From positions 6,546,008 through 6,610,007 of the forward strand of contig NC_068997.1 of the NCBI RefSeq assembly GCF_001194135.2: DNA of 64,000 nt. Direction: 5' to 3'. Shown here piece by piece: positions 38,046 through 51,984 of the stretch (positions are counted from its first letter, which is position 1; every line of letters begins with the position of its first letter). The notes beneath the pieces are model-generated. The model saw only the letters and a list, made by a program, of their open reading frames with translations. It was not told the origin of the DNA and did not search any database. Both the position numbers and the translations under genes were made by a program. Source of the DNA: Octopus bimaculoides (lineage: Eukaryota).

Positions 38046-39261
38046 CACTGCAGCCACAAGCCAACAAGTTGCTTTGGCAGCTTAGAATTGCACTTTAGAC
38101 CTGATTTGGCAGTAAAGGTTACTGATCACTGTTGGTCACCATGGCATATATGAGACGGTGGAGTCGAATGTAGAGTTAAGAAGGGGAGATGCTATCAGCA
38201 GACTAAAGATCTCAGGTGAAAAAAAAAAAAAAAAAAAANNNNNNNNNNNNNNNNNNNNNNNNNNNNNNNNNNNNNNNNNNNNNNNNNNNNNNNNNNNNNN
38301 NNNNNNNNNNNNNNNNNNNNNNNNNNNNNNNNNNNNNNNNNNNNNNNNNNNNNNNNNNNNNNNNNNNNNNNNNNNNNNNNNNNNNNNNNNNNNNNNNNNN
38401 NNNNNNNNNNNNNNNNNNNNNNNNNNNNNNNNNNNNNNNNNNNNNNNNNNNNNNNNNNNNNNNNNNNNNNNNNNNNNNNNNNNNNNNNNNNNNNNNNNNN
38501 NNNNNNNNNNNNNNNNNNNNNNNNNNNNNNNNNNNNNNNNNNNNNNNNNNNNNNNNNNNNNNNNNNNNNNNNNNNNNNNNNNNNNNNNNNNNNNNNNNNN
38601 NNNNNNNNNNNNNNNNNNNNNNNNNNNNNNNNNNNNNNNNNNNNNNNNNNNNNNNNNNNNNNNNNNNNNNNNNNNNNNNNNNNNNNNNNNNNNNNNAAGG
38701 AAAAAAAAAAAAAGAACAAAAAAAAAAACAAAAAAATTCAAATCACCGTTGACCAAAGCGAGTGATATTCAAACAATGAGTGTCTATGATAAAAAAATGA
38801 GAAATGAATTTAAAAATGTGTTGATGGCAAATGTACAATTTTAGTTTAACCATTTTGAGGGGGGGAAAAAAAAAAAAAGAATCTTTTCTATTAAGCAAGT
38901 TACAGAATGCCTCAATGAGGTAAATATATGAGCTCATGCCGATTTGCTAAGCTTCATGCTGTCTTTGCTACCAGAGAAATTTAGTCCCAAAAGTAGAAAA
39001 AGAAGAGCAAAGTTATACTGTAACAGATTTGGCATTCTCTTCACATAGTAGCCTCATTAACAGGTTCAAACATCAGGCTAGCTACAGGTGACCAATCAAT
39101 CAGCTCAACATAATGTCTCTCTTAGAAAAGCAACTGCAGTGTAATCAGACATTTTTTATCCCACTCAGGATCCCTATAGCTAGTGGGGAACTGTCTCTTG
39201 ATAATTTTCTCTTTCAAACCGCTGATGCCAAATTATCAGCTGCCACCAGATGAGAAGAAAA

Positions 39262-39459
39262 CTAAATAACACTTGCTGGTAACTTGTCGAACATGTCGGT
39301 TTTGCCCGGTTGGACACTTCCTCGGCGCCGTGGTAAAGTTGGATGTTCTGGACATCCATTTGTGAGCAATAGAGTGACACATTCTGGAGAACCAGAACCC
39401 CTAGCATACCACAATGCATTACGACCTTCATGGTCCAGCACTTTGACATTTGCGTTGTA
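39262..39459 (-). CDS. AGAP1: AGAP last coding exon, ankyrin repeat and C-terminal PDZ-binding-type motif
   Basis: 198 nt, YNANVKVLDHEGRNALWYARGSGSPECVTLLLTNGCPEHPTLPRRRGSVQPGKTDMFDKLPASVI*; ends in S-V-I (class I PDZ ligand pattern). Confidence 0.95.
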   Translation of the reverse strand, partial: YNANVKVLDHEGRNALWYARGSGSPECVTLLLTNGCPEHPTLPRRRGSVQPGKTDMFDKLPASVI

Positions 39460-40821
39460 CTGAAGAAATAAAAAAAAAAAAAGAAAAATTAGAAACATTT
39501 AAGAGTGAAATGTTAGATTTGCTTCCAAATTCTTTAACAAACAAATGCATTATATATGTGAAAATAATTTGTCTTGACATTTTTTTATACAACAGATGGA
39601 ATCAAAATCTGGTATCAATAAAATAGATTTATATTCCTATAAAGTAGGATAGCTGTAAATGGAATTATAACGATGATGATGATAATGATGGACTGTTGAT
39701 GACAATAAACGAGGACTCAGCTGTTAGATTAAAAGAGCCGATACGTCGGGCCTTTCAATTACAGATACAGTCCACCTAATGGGCTTCAACATAGTTTCCA
39801 CTGAACTAATTTCACTTACAAGGCTTGGCTTCACTAAAGACTATGGTAAAATACCTTTGTACAAGATACCAAGTAGTTTTATTAAACATGGGACCTCATC
39901 ATTATTATAAAGTGAATTTCTCAACTATTTGGCCATGTCAGCATCTAGAGACTCCTAAAAGAAGGCTAAAATTCTATGTAAAATTTGTTTTAGTAATAAT
40001 GCTTAAGCTTTATTTCATAAAAATTAAACAAATCCTAAGATTGCTAAAAAATTTAATAATTTTTCATTCTTTTTCTTTTTTATATCTTCAGCCTCTTGGA
40101 TTGCCAAAGTCATCTTATTACATTATCACCATTTCTATTTTTCATTCAATTTATCTTTTGTTTCGGTTTTCATAAGAATTTTATCTTCAGTCCCCCACCT
40201 CCACCCCCAACAGCTTCTAGACTTGCATTTCTTTCTCACCATTGCACAGTTCCATTTTTTTTCAAAACAAACATTTACATTTCTGTAGATGCAAGTCTGT
40301 CTCACAAGAGATTTACACAGAAATTGTACAGCAAGTGTAATTTCCTTTTGTCACAATTTTTATGGGTTTCTTTTTTTTTTCTTTTTGAACTGTTCAAATT
40401 TCATTCTATATAGAACTGTCCAAAGCAGCAAATATATTCTCAGTAATTGTTGCATCATTAAACAAGCAATATTATTTCATAACCAACATTGCATGCAACA
40501 TTACTAATACAGCTCAGTATCTCTTTCTTTCTTTCTTTCTTTCTTTCTAGGATTTAGTAACATTTTCTCTAGATATACAAGGACAGACATGGCTGGGTAA
40601 TTGAGAAGTTTGCTTGAGAAGCATGTGGGACCACTTCCACAGCATGGATATTGTTGAGTGATGTCTATAGTTGCCGGTGACCAATGTCCAGCAAGCAGAG
40701 AATTGGAAGAAGCTCATCATATGTGTGTGTGTGTGTGTGAGTTTGTCTCTTTCCCTTTACACTAATTGTAAGCAAGATCAATGCCATACAAATAATGCGA
40801 AAATATGTCCAGCCATTGAGT

Positions 40822-41010
40822 TCTTTTATCTTTTACTTGTTTCAGTCACCTTTCACTGTGGCCATGCTGGAACACCACTTTGAAGGGTTTTAGTCAAACA
40901 AATTGACCCCAGGACATATTTCTTAAAGCCTGGTACTGATTCTAGCAGTCTCTGTTGCCGAAATGCTAAGTTACGGAGACTTAAACACATTAACACTAGT
41001 TGTTGAAAAG
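40822..41010 (+). mobile_element. SINE-like family C (cttttacttgtttcagtca...ggccatgctgg)
   Basis: Further copies at about 5430-5605 (opposite orientation) and 34720-34870. Confidence 0.75.
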
Positions 41011-41413
41011 TGGGGGATGGGGATGGGGGTGGGGAACAAACACAGAAACACACACATATATGACAGGCTTCTTCCAGATCCACTCACAAGGCTTTGGCTG
41101 GCATGAGGCTATAGTAGAAAACACTTGTGCTAGGTGCCACGCAGGGGGACTGAACCCAGGACCATGTGGTTGGAAAGAAAGCTTCTTACCACATAGCCAT
41201 GCCTACATAGAGTTTTTTATTGTTTGAAGGATTAAAGGAAATAGAAAGAAGTGAGGGTTGGCAACAGGAAGAGCATCCAGCAGTCAATAAATCTAACTTA
41301 ACAAGTTTTGTCTGATTCATGCAAGTATGCAAAGGTGGACATGATGATGATGATGATGATGGTGATAATGCCTCTTGAGATAACTACACAACAGTCAACT
41401 GGCAGTGAAACAT

Positions 41414-41447
<34 letters not shown>

Positions 41448-41464
41448 CAACTGAGTAAGCTTAC

Positions 41465-41632
41465 CCAAAGAAGTAGTTGGACAAAAACGACATTGCCTAA
41501 AGCAGCCGCTATATGCAAAGCTGTACGTCCATCATCTTTGCTATAGGGGGCATTGATATCCTCAGCTCGTGCATGTCCCAAAAGCAAGATAATGTTTCTA
41601 ATATCTTCTCGGACTAAGGCATCTATCAATTG
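41465..41632 (-). CDS. AGAP1: AGAP exon, ankyrin repeats
   Basis: 168 nt, QLIDALVREDIRNIILLLGHARAEDINAPYSKDDGRTALHIAAALGNVVFVQLLLW. Confidence 0.95.
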
Positions 41633-41915
41633 CTGTAATGGGATTAAAAAAAAAAAATTAATGTAAAAACAATTAATCAAAGATTAGCAAGGAATATTTA
41701 AATTGTAGAAATATTTTTGGTGTATTTTTTAGTTTTTAAATTATTTTATTCACAAATGTTAAAATATAACAAACAATGAAAACACAAAAACAAAATTATT
41801 TCAGATTAAAGCTTTGGTTGCAGACTGAAGCAAAATAATGAATTAACAAAGTGACAACCTCCTCTGAAGTTAGCCTTCCTGATGTTCCTAGCATCATCCC
41901 CACTAATATATTCAT

Positions 41916-42304
41916 AAGGGCTGGATTAAAACTCATAGAGGCCCTAAGCACTTAAAAAATTTTGGTGCCCCCCATATATATGGAATTCAAAATATAACCA
42001 ATAATAAACCATAAAATATATTATTTTCCAAAATGAAACAAAACTAACAAAAAGATATACTTTCACTTTCTTTATATTTGAAAAGTTTCCTCCTACTTTT
42101 TCGAATTGCAAAGTCTTTGATCAGATCCTCATTATGATACCATGAACACTTCAAAATTATATTTCATATCATATAAACCACTTCAAATATTATTTCAGCA
42201 AATTTAAAGTGATTTCTTTTGTGCCCCAAACCATTTACTATTTTTGTAGTGTTGCCCCTTCCCTCGAAGCCCAAAGCATGGGCTCAATGGTTAATTCAGC
42301 ACTG
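41916..42304 (-). mobile_element. hAT (Tip100-like) deletion derivative
   Basis: Degenerate termini aagggctggattaa / ttaattcagcactg; internal minus-strand YHNEDLIKDFAIRKSRRK resembles a hAT transposase C-terminus. Confidence 0.65.
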
Positions 42305-42599
42305 TACATTCAGCTCATTCTCCCCTATTCACTCAACGTACACTATCACACAAACTAACATTTCTGAAATAAGCCACCTATAGTTTGCCTTTTGTACTTC
42401 AGCCAGCTTGTTCCAGACGTTTCTCACCAAATATCATTTTCTTCAAGCATCTCAATAACTTCTGGCAAAATTAAGTCTTCAACAATCAAACATTGGCTCA
42501 AAATGCATTAGAATTCATCAGTTCCATTATTTCAAAATTCTATGCTATCAAAATAAATAGACTTGTTCCTTATTGTCAAAAATGTATAGGTTCTAATGG

Positions 42600-42880
42600 C
42601 TGCTATTTCACATAATAGATTCTGTGCTGAGATATATAACTTTAACGTTGATGGTTAAAAACGATAATTATTTCAGAACTAACTTGTTACTTCTACTACA
42701 ACATTCTAGCTCCTCTGAAATAAACTGTGAACTGTCACAGTCCAAGATCATCCAAGGTTGCTAGTAATCCGCTTCTTGTCATCCTTACTCTAAATCTGCA
42801 TATTAAACATCTTTCAATAACTGTGATCCTCTAGACAGGCATCAACCTCCATCTGTTTAGACAAAAGATCAATTTCATCA
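42600..42880 (-). mobile_element. Possible highly decayed Gypsy integrase fragment
   Basis: CDSSQFISEELECC resembles SDNGPQFTSEEFxxF; EVDAC upstream; many stops. Confidence 0.3.
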
Positions 42881-43035
42881 TCTTTGCAAGTCTAGGAAGG
42901 CCTACAAAGGGACTATGCCTACCACTCTTTATTCTCCTGCTTCCTAAGCCAAATCAGAAGAAACCAACTTAACAAATTCATCTGTAAATAATACAAAGAA
43001 ATTTTAAAATTTCACTAATTAGATATAAAACACAC

Positions 43036-43123
43036 CTGATTGAGGGGGATATCAACATAGGGTGGGGGCGGGAGAAATTCTTTGCACTCATATTTGGCTC
43101 GAATCCACTTTTCTCTGTCCTCT
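43036..43123 (-). CDS. AGAP1: AGAP exon, end of ArfGAP domain
   Basis: 88 nt, EDREKWIRAKYECKEFLPPPPYVDIPLNQ. Confidence 0.95.
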
Positions 43124-43311
43124 CTGAAAAAAGAAATCAAAGACCTCCTTGAATAGCAATTTTAGCAAATAAAGATTGCAATATAGCCATTTAAAAAAAT
43201 ATATAAATAACATTATCGAGATATATATAATTCCACAATTGTTAAACTGATGAGAAAATTAAAACCAATTAGAATAAAACAAATATTTAGTAAACTGTTT
43301 ATTTTTCTTAC

Positions 43312-43374
43312 CGAGAGGCATTTACACCAGGTTTGGATCGACCTTTGAGACTTGCTTCCCATACAGAATTCACT
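43312..43374 (-). CDS. AGAP1: AGAP exon (5' end lost in 10-N gap)
   Basis: VNSVWEASLKGRSKPGVNAS(R), then GTAAGA donor. Confidence 0.9.
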
Positions 43375-43454
43375 NNNNNNNNNNCAGTTTATTAACAGAA
43401 TAGTTTTATATAACTAATAAAGTGTTAAATGAATAACTCTGTGAGAAGGTGCGT

Positions 43455-43491
<37 letters not shown>

Positions 43492-44458
43492 TATAAAAGT
43501 TGGTTGGCTTTGCCACAAGGGAATAGAAAGGACAATAGTGAAATGGAAGAAAAGAAAATGGCTAGCTTTGCCACAGGGAAATCAAAAGATGAGCAAGTTA
43601 ATAATACAAGTAAGATGGATGTAAACAGTGATGAATGATTAAAAAAAGAACAAAAAAAAAAAACTAGAAGTTTCTTAGCTTAGAAATTGCAAAAAAGAAA
43701 TGGAAGTAGAGGCTAGCTTTGCATTAAGGTTATGAAGTTAAGGATCGTTTAGCATGTTAGTAATACAAGTCAAATAAATGAAGAGAAATGATGAACAGTC
43801 AAAAAGCAAGAGAATTTCTTAGCAGCTGGACATTTTGCATTGTGATATGATGGTGTCTGCCACCATCACTACAACCATTTAAATGTTTTGCTTGCAGAGG
43901 TGGCTGGGTCTAACCGTGCCAATTGTTGTAGTTGTTTGTCAATTCTTTCATGAGATGCAGCACACTCTGAGATCAGCCTTCTTGATTTTGCCTCAAAGTC
44001 TTCTTTAGTTTCATCCTTCCACAAGTTCCATTGTCTCTGAGTTCTTCACACTTCTATATATGACTGCTATTTTCCTTATACATGTCCACATCATTTCAGT
44101 CTTTTGCACACTACATCTGATTTCTCTTGTATTTAGTTTTCTCTCAGTATATTTATACTTTGTTACTCATACTCACTAACATAATTTAGTTTTTTTTTTT
44201 TTTTCCAAGTCTTTTCTAATCCTCTGCATTCAGAGCCCATGTCTCTCTACTAGGCAATAAAGCACTTCATAATACAAGCATCATACAAGCTGTCCTTCCA
44301 TTTGAAGACAAAACGTGTTATGAACAGAGGTAATAGCTCCCGGAACTTTTTCCAAGTTGTTTTTATTCTTCTAAAACAGTTAACCTGATTGCTAATCTTG
44401 AAATTATATACAAACATTTTTTAGAGTCATTTAAAAATACAATACAAAGCTATACTTA

Positions 44459-44626
<168 letters not shown>

Positions 44627-44818
44627 TCATACGAGTAACATATTATTTCTTTTATTAGCATAAAGTTAATTAAAGGTATTGATTACATAAACACAAACAC
44701 AATAATGGTCAAAAGTGAATAGCTGCCATCAAAGATTTTGTTTCGCTACCTTTTAGACTGTGGGTCTACAAGATGGAAAGCATCTACAATTAACCAAGAT
44801 CAACAAATATATATTTAA

Positions 44819-45038
44819 CCCTTCAGCATTCATATTACTCTATCAAATGTAATGTTTATTCATTCGCATAGTTTTGAATCAATCCTGGATTGTCTCATAG
44901 CTTTGAGATTTCAATGATACAACTGTTTATCTTTAGTAGGACATTGTTGGGTAGGTGTGATAGGCTGAACCTGGCTAGTTTAAACACAAAATAGGTAGAA
45001 TATTTGGGCCAGATATAGCTGGTTTAAATGCTAAAGGG
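44819..45038. mobile_element. piggyBac-type MITE, family 1, opposite orientation
   Basis: cccttcagcat / atgctaaaggg TIRs, TTAA TSDs, internal homology to the reverse complement of 29991-30191. Confidence 0.9.
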
Positions 45039-45609
45039 TTAAAAGCACAATGTTATATTTTATTCAAATAGTTTCTATATCGGAAACCTTAAAATTATAT
45101 AAAAATGCTGAATTCATAATAATTCTAAATTTTGGGGACATTTTTAAATGTCTCTTATTGTTTTGAAAGTCTTATCCTCTGCTTGAAAATAAAAATAGCA
45201 AATCCAGTGAGATGATTGGAGACACACTGAATTACACTGTAAATGCAGGATTCTCTTTTAATCAAGAGACATACAATATATACAAAGAAAAAGATGTGGT
45301 TACCTTATTAGCTACAAAATGATGAGCAATTAAATTATACTTAATTCAAAGTGAAACAGCAGAGTTAGCGAAGGTTTGTTTCAGCAAATATTAAAGACAA
45401 AAGAATTAATAAATTAATTTGACATAACGAAGATCAATGTTTTAGTTAGGCCTCTTCATCAGACAAAGATGAAACACATTCAGGATATATCTAATCTTTC
45501 TCAGACTGGAATAGTAAGAATTTCCCCGCTTCTTCACAGCCAACTAATTCATCTCATTCTGTCAACTTTTTACACTAAATTCAAAACAAGTAAAAGAAAT
45601 TTTACTTAC

Positions 45610-45694
45610 TGGTTGCTCCACAATCTGTACAGCAGTTATTTCCTCGCACATTGCGAATAGCCTGAATACTGGCTGGGTCAGTTGCACTGGTATT
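45610..45694 (-). CDS. AGAP1: AGAP exon, start of ArfGAP domain
   Basis: 85 nt, NTSATDPASIQAIRNVRGNNCCTDCGAT(N); first CxxC of the ArfGAP zinc finger. Confidence 0.95.
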
Positions 45695-46144
45695 CTGAAG
45701 CAGAAAACAACAAACAACAGTTCAATGGAAAACATCAATCAAATCAAATCCTAGGGAAAAAGAAAGATAATTGAAGCCTAAAAGAATGTGATTATATCCA
45801 TATAAGGAGAAAAGAGGATAGGCAGACAGAGAAAAGATACCCTATAGAACAAAGCAAGGTAGTCATAAAGAACTTCATGATGCTGCTAGTATATGACTTG
45901 GGTCATAGTAAAACAAAGTCATTTAATCCAAATAAACTGTTAGATGTTATTTGAATTTTTTTTTTAATTTCAATTTTAAAATTAACAAGTAAAATGACAT
46001 GGGCAGAAAATTCTTGCTACAAACATTATTTCATTCAACAATATCACTGCAATGATTTCAAACAATTCCTTAAGACTATGATAATTACAAGAAATTTGGA
46101 TAGACTTTGACACTGATTCTCTTAAAGACATGAATTAAATATCA

Positions 46145-47142
46145 NNNNNNNNNNNNNNNNNNNNNNNNNNNNNNNNNNNNNNNNNNNNNNNNNNNNNNNN
46201 NNNNNNNNNNNNNNNNNNNNNNNNNNNNNNNNNNNNNNNNNNNNNNNNNNNNNNNNNNNNNNNNNNNNNNNNNNNNNNNNNNNNNNNNNNNNNNNNNNNN
46301 NNNNNNNNNNNNNNNNNNNNNNNNNNNNNNNNNNNNNNNNNNNNNNNNNNNNNNNNNNNNNNNNNNNNNNNNNNNNNNNNNNNNNNNNNNNNNNNNNNNN
46401 NNNNNNNNNNNNNNNNNNNNNNNNNNNNNNNNNNNNNNNNNNNNNNNNNNNNNNNNNNNNNNNNNNNNNNNNNNNNNNNNNNNNNNNNNNNNNNNNNNNN
46501 NNNNNNNNNNNNNNNNNNNNNNNNNNNNNNNNNNNNNNNNNNNNNNNNNNNNNNNNNNNNNNNNNNNNNNNNNNNNNNNNNNNNNNNNNNNNNNNNNNNN
46601 NNNNNNNNNNNNNNNNNNNNNNNNNNNNNNNNNNNNNNNNNNNNNNNNNNNNNNNNNNNNNNNNNNNNNNNNNNNNNNNNNNNNNNNNNNNNNNNNNNNN
46701 NNNNNNNNNNNNNNNNNNNNNNNNNNNNNNNNNNNNNNNNNNNNNNNNNNNNNNNNNNNNNNNNNNNNNNNNNNNNNNNNNNNNNNNNNNNNNNNNNNNN
46801 NNNNNNNNNNNNNNNNNNNNNNNNNNNNNNNNNNNNNNNNNNNNNNNNNNNNNNNNNNNNNNNNNNNNNNNNNNNNNNNNNNNNNNNNNNNNNNNNNNNN
46901 NNNNNNNNNNNNNNNNNNNNNNNNNNNNNNNNNNNNNNNNNNNNNNNNNNNNNNNNNNNNNNNNNNNNNNNNNNNNNNNNNNNNNNNNNNNNNNNNNNNN
47001 NNNNNNNNNNNNNNNNNNNNNNNNNNNNNNNNNNNNNNNNNNNNNNNNNNNNNNNNNNNNNNNNNNNNNNNNNNNNNNNNNNNNNNNNNNNNNNNNNNNN
47101 NNNNNNNNNNNNNNNNNNNNNNNNNNNNNNNNNNNNNNNNNN
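46145..47142. other. Assembly gap expected to hide AGAP coding sequence (C-half of the split PH domain)
   Basis: The exon at 47265 runs into the gap, and the conserved FEFIIVSL...WHFEA...ERDEW..AIE segment was not found elsewhere. Other gaps: 15863-15872, 16255-16732, 33690-34483, 36645-36843, 38239-38696, 43375-43384, 57860-58522. Confidence 0.85.
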
Positions 47143-47265
47143 GGCCTCCACTTTTTGCTCGTCTATGTCGTTTCTTCACATTAGGAGTTTCCGTTTTTGA
47201 CCCTATATTTTTATTATCACCTGATTTTGATAAAAAGGAATCCCCAGCATTGCCGTTTGGAATTC
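47143..47265 (-). CDS. AGAP1: AGAP exon (3' end lost in gap), PH insert with basic NLS-like patch
   Basis: (G)IPNGNAGDSFLSKSGDNKNIGSKTETPNVKKRHRR AKSGG runs into the N-gap at 47142; AG acceptor in phase 1. Confidence 0.88.
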
Positions 47266-47786
47266 CTGAAAAGAGAAAAAAAAAAAAAAATGAAGTCTGA
47301 AACATTTCTATTAATACATCATTCTAACATTTCTGTTTCCGTTTTACATATCTAGAAAGTTCTGCAGAAAGTATGAGATTTCACAGAAGAGAGGATTAGG
47401 AAAACAGTCCAATGGCAGATGAAGAATAACAAAACTGATAAAAGTTGTTGAAGAAGTAGTAGATCATAAATGAAGAGGCAAGTGGCATAGTGGTTGGGGC
47501 ATTCAGCTCATGACTGTAAGGCCATGAGTTCAATTCCTAGTAGCACATTGTGTCCTTGTTCAAGATACTTTATTTCTGTTGATCCAGTCCACTCAGCTGG
47601 CAAAAATGAGTTGTAATTACAAAGGGTCAGCCTTGTCACATTCTGTGTTACAATGAAGCTCCCATAGAACTACATTAAGAGTGAATGTGTCTGTGGAGTG
47701 CTCAGCCACTTGCAGGTTGTTTCACTCATCAGATGAGCTGCAACACTTGTTGAAATAACCTACGGTGTGCCAGTTATATATATATA

Positions 47787-47849
<63 letters not shown>

Positions 47850-48376
47850 CTGGCATGCACACACACACACACACACACATTTATGGAGAGAGAGAGAGAG
47901 AGAGAGAAATGCCTAGAAAATACTGGTTTTTATCAATAAAAAGTAAACAACTTAGACTCGAGTATTGTATTATGGAGTATAAACATACAACTAAAGCAAA
48001 GGTGTATCCACATAAACTGAAGACAACATTAATATGAATGATTCCTCACAATATCCCTATTTGTAAGAGGTGGGTGTAGAGTGCATTGATTCAATCCCAG
48101 TGTATGTACCACCTGTATTTGTTTTACTGAGACATGATTTGAACATAGTTGAGTGAAGGAGGAAACTTAGGAGAATATATTAAGCCTACTGCTGCACTAT
48201 ATTGGTCATTTCCAGTGCTTTGATAACATTGATTTCCTTCCAGTAAGAAAAAAAAAAGAATAAAAATATTCGATGGGTGTGAATCAGTTTCAGTACATCA
48301 CAGCATTAAGCTAAATAATCATCAAATAAATCTTAACTTCCTAGTAACTCTAACATTATTTATCATAATTATAACA

Positions 48377-48408
<32 letters not shown>

Positions 48409-48666
48409 TATGACAATAATGTTTCTAACATTGACACAATGCCACACTTTCATTCTTTGTTTACTGATTTCATTTAATCAACCTCAGTATTTAGCTGGTA
48501 CTTTATTTTGTCAACCCTGGTGGGAAGAAAGGTAAAGTTCCTCTTAGTAGGACTTGAACTCACAACACAGAGAATCAGAACAAATATGGCAACACATTTT
48601 ATCTGTTGCTCAAATGTTTTTGCCGATCCTCTAATCCTTTCTGACTTAGGTATGATATCAAATATG

Positions 48667-48699
<33 letters not shown>

Positions 48700-51583
48700 T
48701 AGAGGATTGAGGTAACTCCTCCTGAAGATATAGAGTCAAAATTAAAAGAAGAGTGCCATTGTTATCTAGTGAACGATATTTCGACACACAAGATGTCGAA
48801 AATATCGTTCACTAGATAACAATGGTACTCTTCTTTTAATTTTGACTTAATAATAATGATAACAACAACAACAACAAGTACAAGTCAAGTAATATTGAAG
48901 AGTTGGCAGAGGGCAGTTGGGTGGAGGTGGGGGAGACGAGTGAGTGAGCTGGATCTCAGTGAAGATCACACTGATGTGTAGTGAGTAGAATATATAAAGA
49001 AAGAATATGGGGGGGGGGGCTTGACATGAGGGTTAGGATTAGTTAGGATTTTGTTAATTTGCTTGTTGTTAGCATAAATTGATGTCAAGTGTGTAGAATA
49101 ATCCAAAGCAGTAAAAGTGAATTTAGAATTTGATAATGAGTTTTTCCTTTTTTTAATGATCTCAGTTTTGGTCTGAAGCCATGTAGGAACATCAGCATCA
49201 ATTGATTTAGTTAATCCGACGATTGTGATTCTAATACTTTAACTTTTATCTAGCCCCTAAACAAAAAAGCCCCCGAATATACAAACACAGGAAAACAAGT
49301 GCACAATGTCAATGTAAGGAGCTTAAAGATGGTTCAAGAAATTATTAACAGCATAAGGGGCCTATGAAGAACTGTATAATGAGCAAGTGAAAAAAGCAGT
49401 CAGGGTGATACAAGTAATGCAACATAATGCAGAGGAAAATTCATGGAATATACAGAGAAAAATAATACAAAGAATATTAGAGAAAATTAGGTTAGACAAA
49501 AAAAAAACAAAAAAAAAATGAAACAAAATGCAAAAACAAAAAGAAACAAAATGAAAAGTGAATTTTAGTTCTATTTATCTCATAAAGTTAAAAGTATAAA
49601 GATTTAAGACACATGCAAATTAAAAATACAACAAATACATAAAAAAGTGAATAATATTACTATACTAACTGCAAAAGAGAAAAGTTATAGTTTACTTTTG
49701 TGAGTCATATAGTAGGAAAATGAAATTCTACTAGTTACATTATAACTACTACTTCTCGTATACTAAGGGAAAATGCTTAGTAATAGAGGAATGGAGTAAA
49801 CATTAGTGGACTATTTTCTGTATACGTTAATGGAGATGAAAGCTGACACTTTTGTTTTTTTTTAATCTCAACTAGTTCGCATAATTAATATTTATATGAC
49901 TAAATATCAACTATTTCAAACAATGGAATAATTTTATGCTATGAGGCTGGACACAGTTCTAATGGGAGCTATTTGAATTACTGTTTTATATCAATTTGTT
50001 AACTTGAGTGTACATGCAGATGTTACAATGAAATGCCACCAGAATATATCAACAATATGGTGAGGCGGAGTCATTAAATATTCTTTACAACCTAATTTAA
50101 TAAAACAATCATTTATTTTTACAAGGAGAAACACTTCCCTCCAGTAAGTTTTCTCCAAGTTTGTCATACGCCCAGACACACACACACTGTTCAAAGCCCC
50201 TTTTAACTTCAGACAATACAGTGTTATTCAAGAGAAATTTGGCTGTTACCTTTAACATGTTGAGCAACTATGGAGAGGGTTTTCCCCTTTGACAAAATTT
50301 TGACTCCATATAGGGTTTTACACGTTGATAGAAAACTAGTAATAATATTTCAAATGGAGAGAGTTAGTGGATTGCCTCGACTCCAGTGCTCGACTGGGAC
50401 TTAATTTTAACAACCCAAAAAGGAAGGCAAAGTTGACCTTGGTAGAATTAGAACTAAGAATGTAATTCGTTGAAAGAAATGTTACAAAGCAGTTCGTCAG
50501 ACATGCTAACAACTCTGCCAGCTCACTGCACATAATAAGGATGTTTCTGGAATCAGTTACTCTTAAATTACCAAAGAAACAATGAAACCAATATTGAACA
50601 ACTAATGAAATCCTCACATTTCTCTTTCCATTTCAAAGAGGTGTTTTTCATATATACGGATGGTATTGACCCAAATGTTAAAATCAATTTCAAATTTTGT
50701 CACAGGGTCAGCAACTTAGTGGGAAGGGATGAGTCAATTCCATACCCCCCCCCCCCCGCCACAGGGTACTCAACTGGTACATATTTTATCAACCCTGAAT
50801 GGACGAAAGGCAAAGTCAACCTTTGTGGAATTTGAACTCAAAACATAAAGACAGATGAAATGCTGCTAAGCATTTTGGCAATTCTGGCAATTCTGCCAGC
50901 TCTCACCTTCTTCATCCCAGAACCATCAACAAGTGTTGGCAGAGATTTTTTGTATCGAAATTTTTCTTTGTGTATGGACACACATCTTTCACAGAAGACA
51001 CAAAAGCATATAATTTGTGAAGGGTAGGAAATGAAAGTGTTACAGAGAATTTTCATAAAATAACAACAAAATATATCAACAATAAGTACATCAAATTAAA
51101 AGATATATAAATTTGTATTAAAAAGGAAGCTGCCATATTTAAAGAAAATGTTTAAAGGTTAAAAAGAAATATACTCATAACAGAAACATCATCTTTCCAT
51201 AAACATACAAACATAAATCCTATATACACACACACACTCATGTCCAGGAGTGGTGGTGTAGGTGTAGAGGTGTGTGTGTGTGTGTATGTATATGTATGTG
51301 TGTGTATATATATATGTATGACTATTTATCATCATGATGATGATGATGATGATGTTATGTCACCCAATGCTAGTAAATACATACACACATTCCAAGGTTT
51401 ATGGTCATCCGTCTTTTTGTCCTTGTTGCTGGGTTTTATGCTTTTTGTTCTGGTATATTCTACCATCTGTCAACATCCTTTTCACTTCCCCCCATAACTT
51501 TCTATCAGCACTGAAACATGCACACACAGGTTGTTCTCCACTTGCCCACCCTGGGGGGGGCAAAGAATAAAAATATATATACA

Positions 51584-51618
<35 letters not shown>

Positions 51619-51984
51619 ATATGTGTGAGTGTATGTATATATATATACATACATACGTGTGTATATATATAGTTATAGTATATTCTGTTAAGAACATAGT
51701 AGAGTACAGTATAAAGCTTGTCCGCCTTTAAATTGGACAAACTTACAGAGACAATATTTACATATCGCCTGAGGAAACACCACTAGATCACATAATGCAG
51801 GGAGATGATTGATTAATCAAGTACCTGCACACCTGGAGAGCTATGTTGCATAGAAACAATTGTAGTGATTGAAAATAAATGTTCAACCATACTCCTTCTT
51901 GTTGACTCCAATTTTTTTCAATTATATATATAAGTGTGTGTGTGTGTGTGTGTGTGTGTATTTGTATGTCTGTGTTTATCCATA

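Noticed and set aside
45340-45470. CTGATGA...GAAAC on the minus strand
   Set aside because: No convincing helix II, helix III or stem I pairing.
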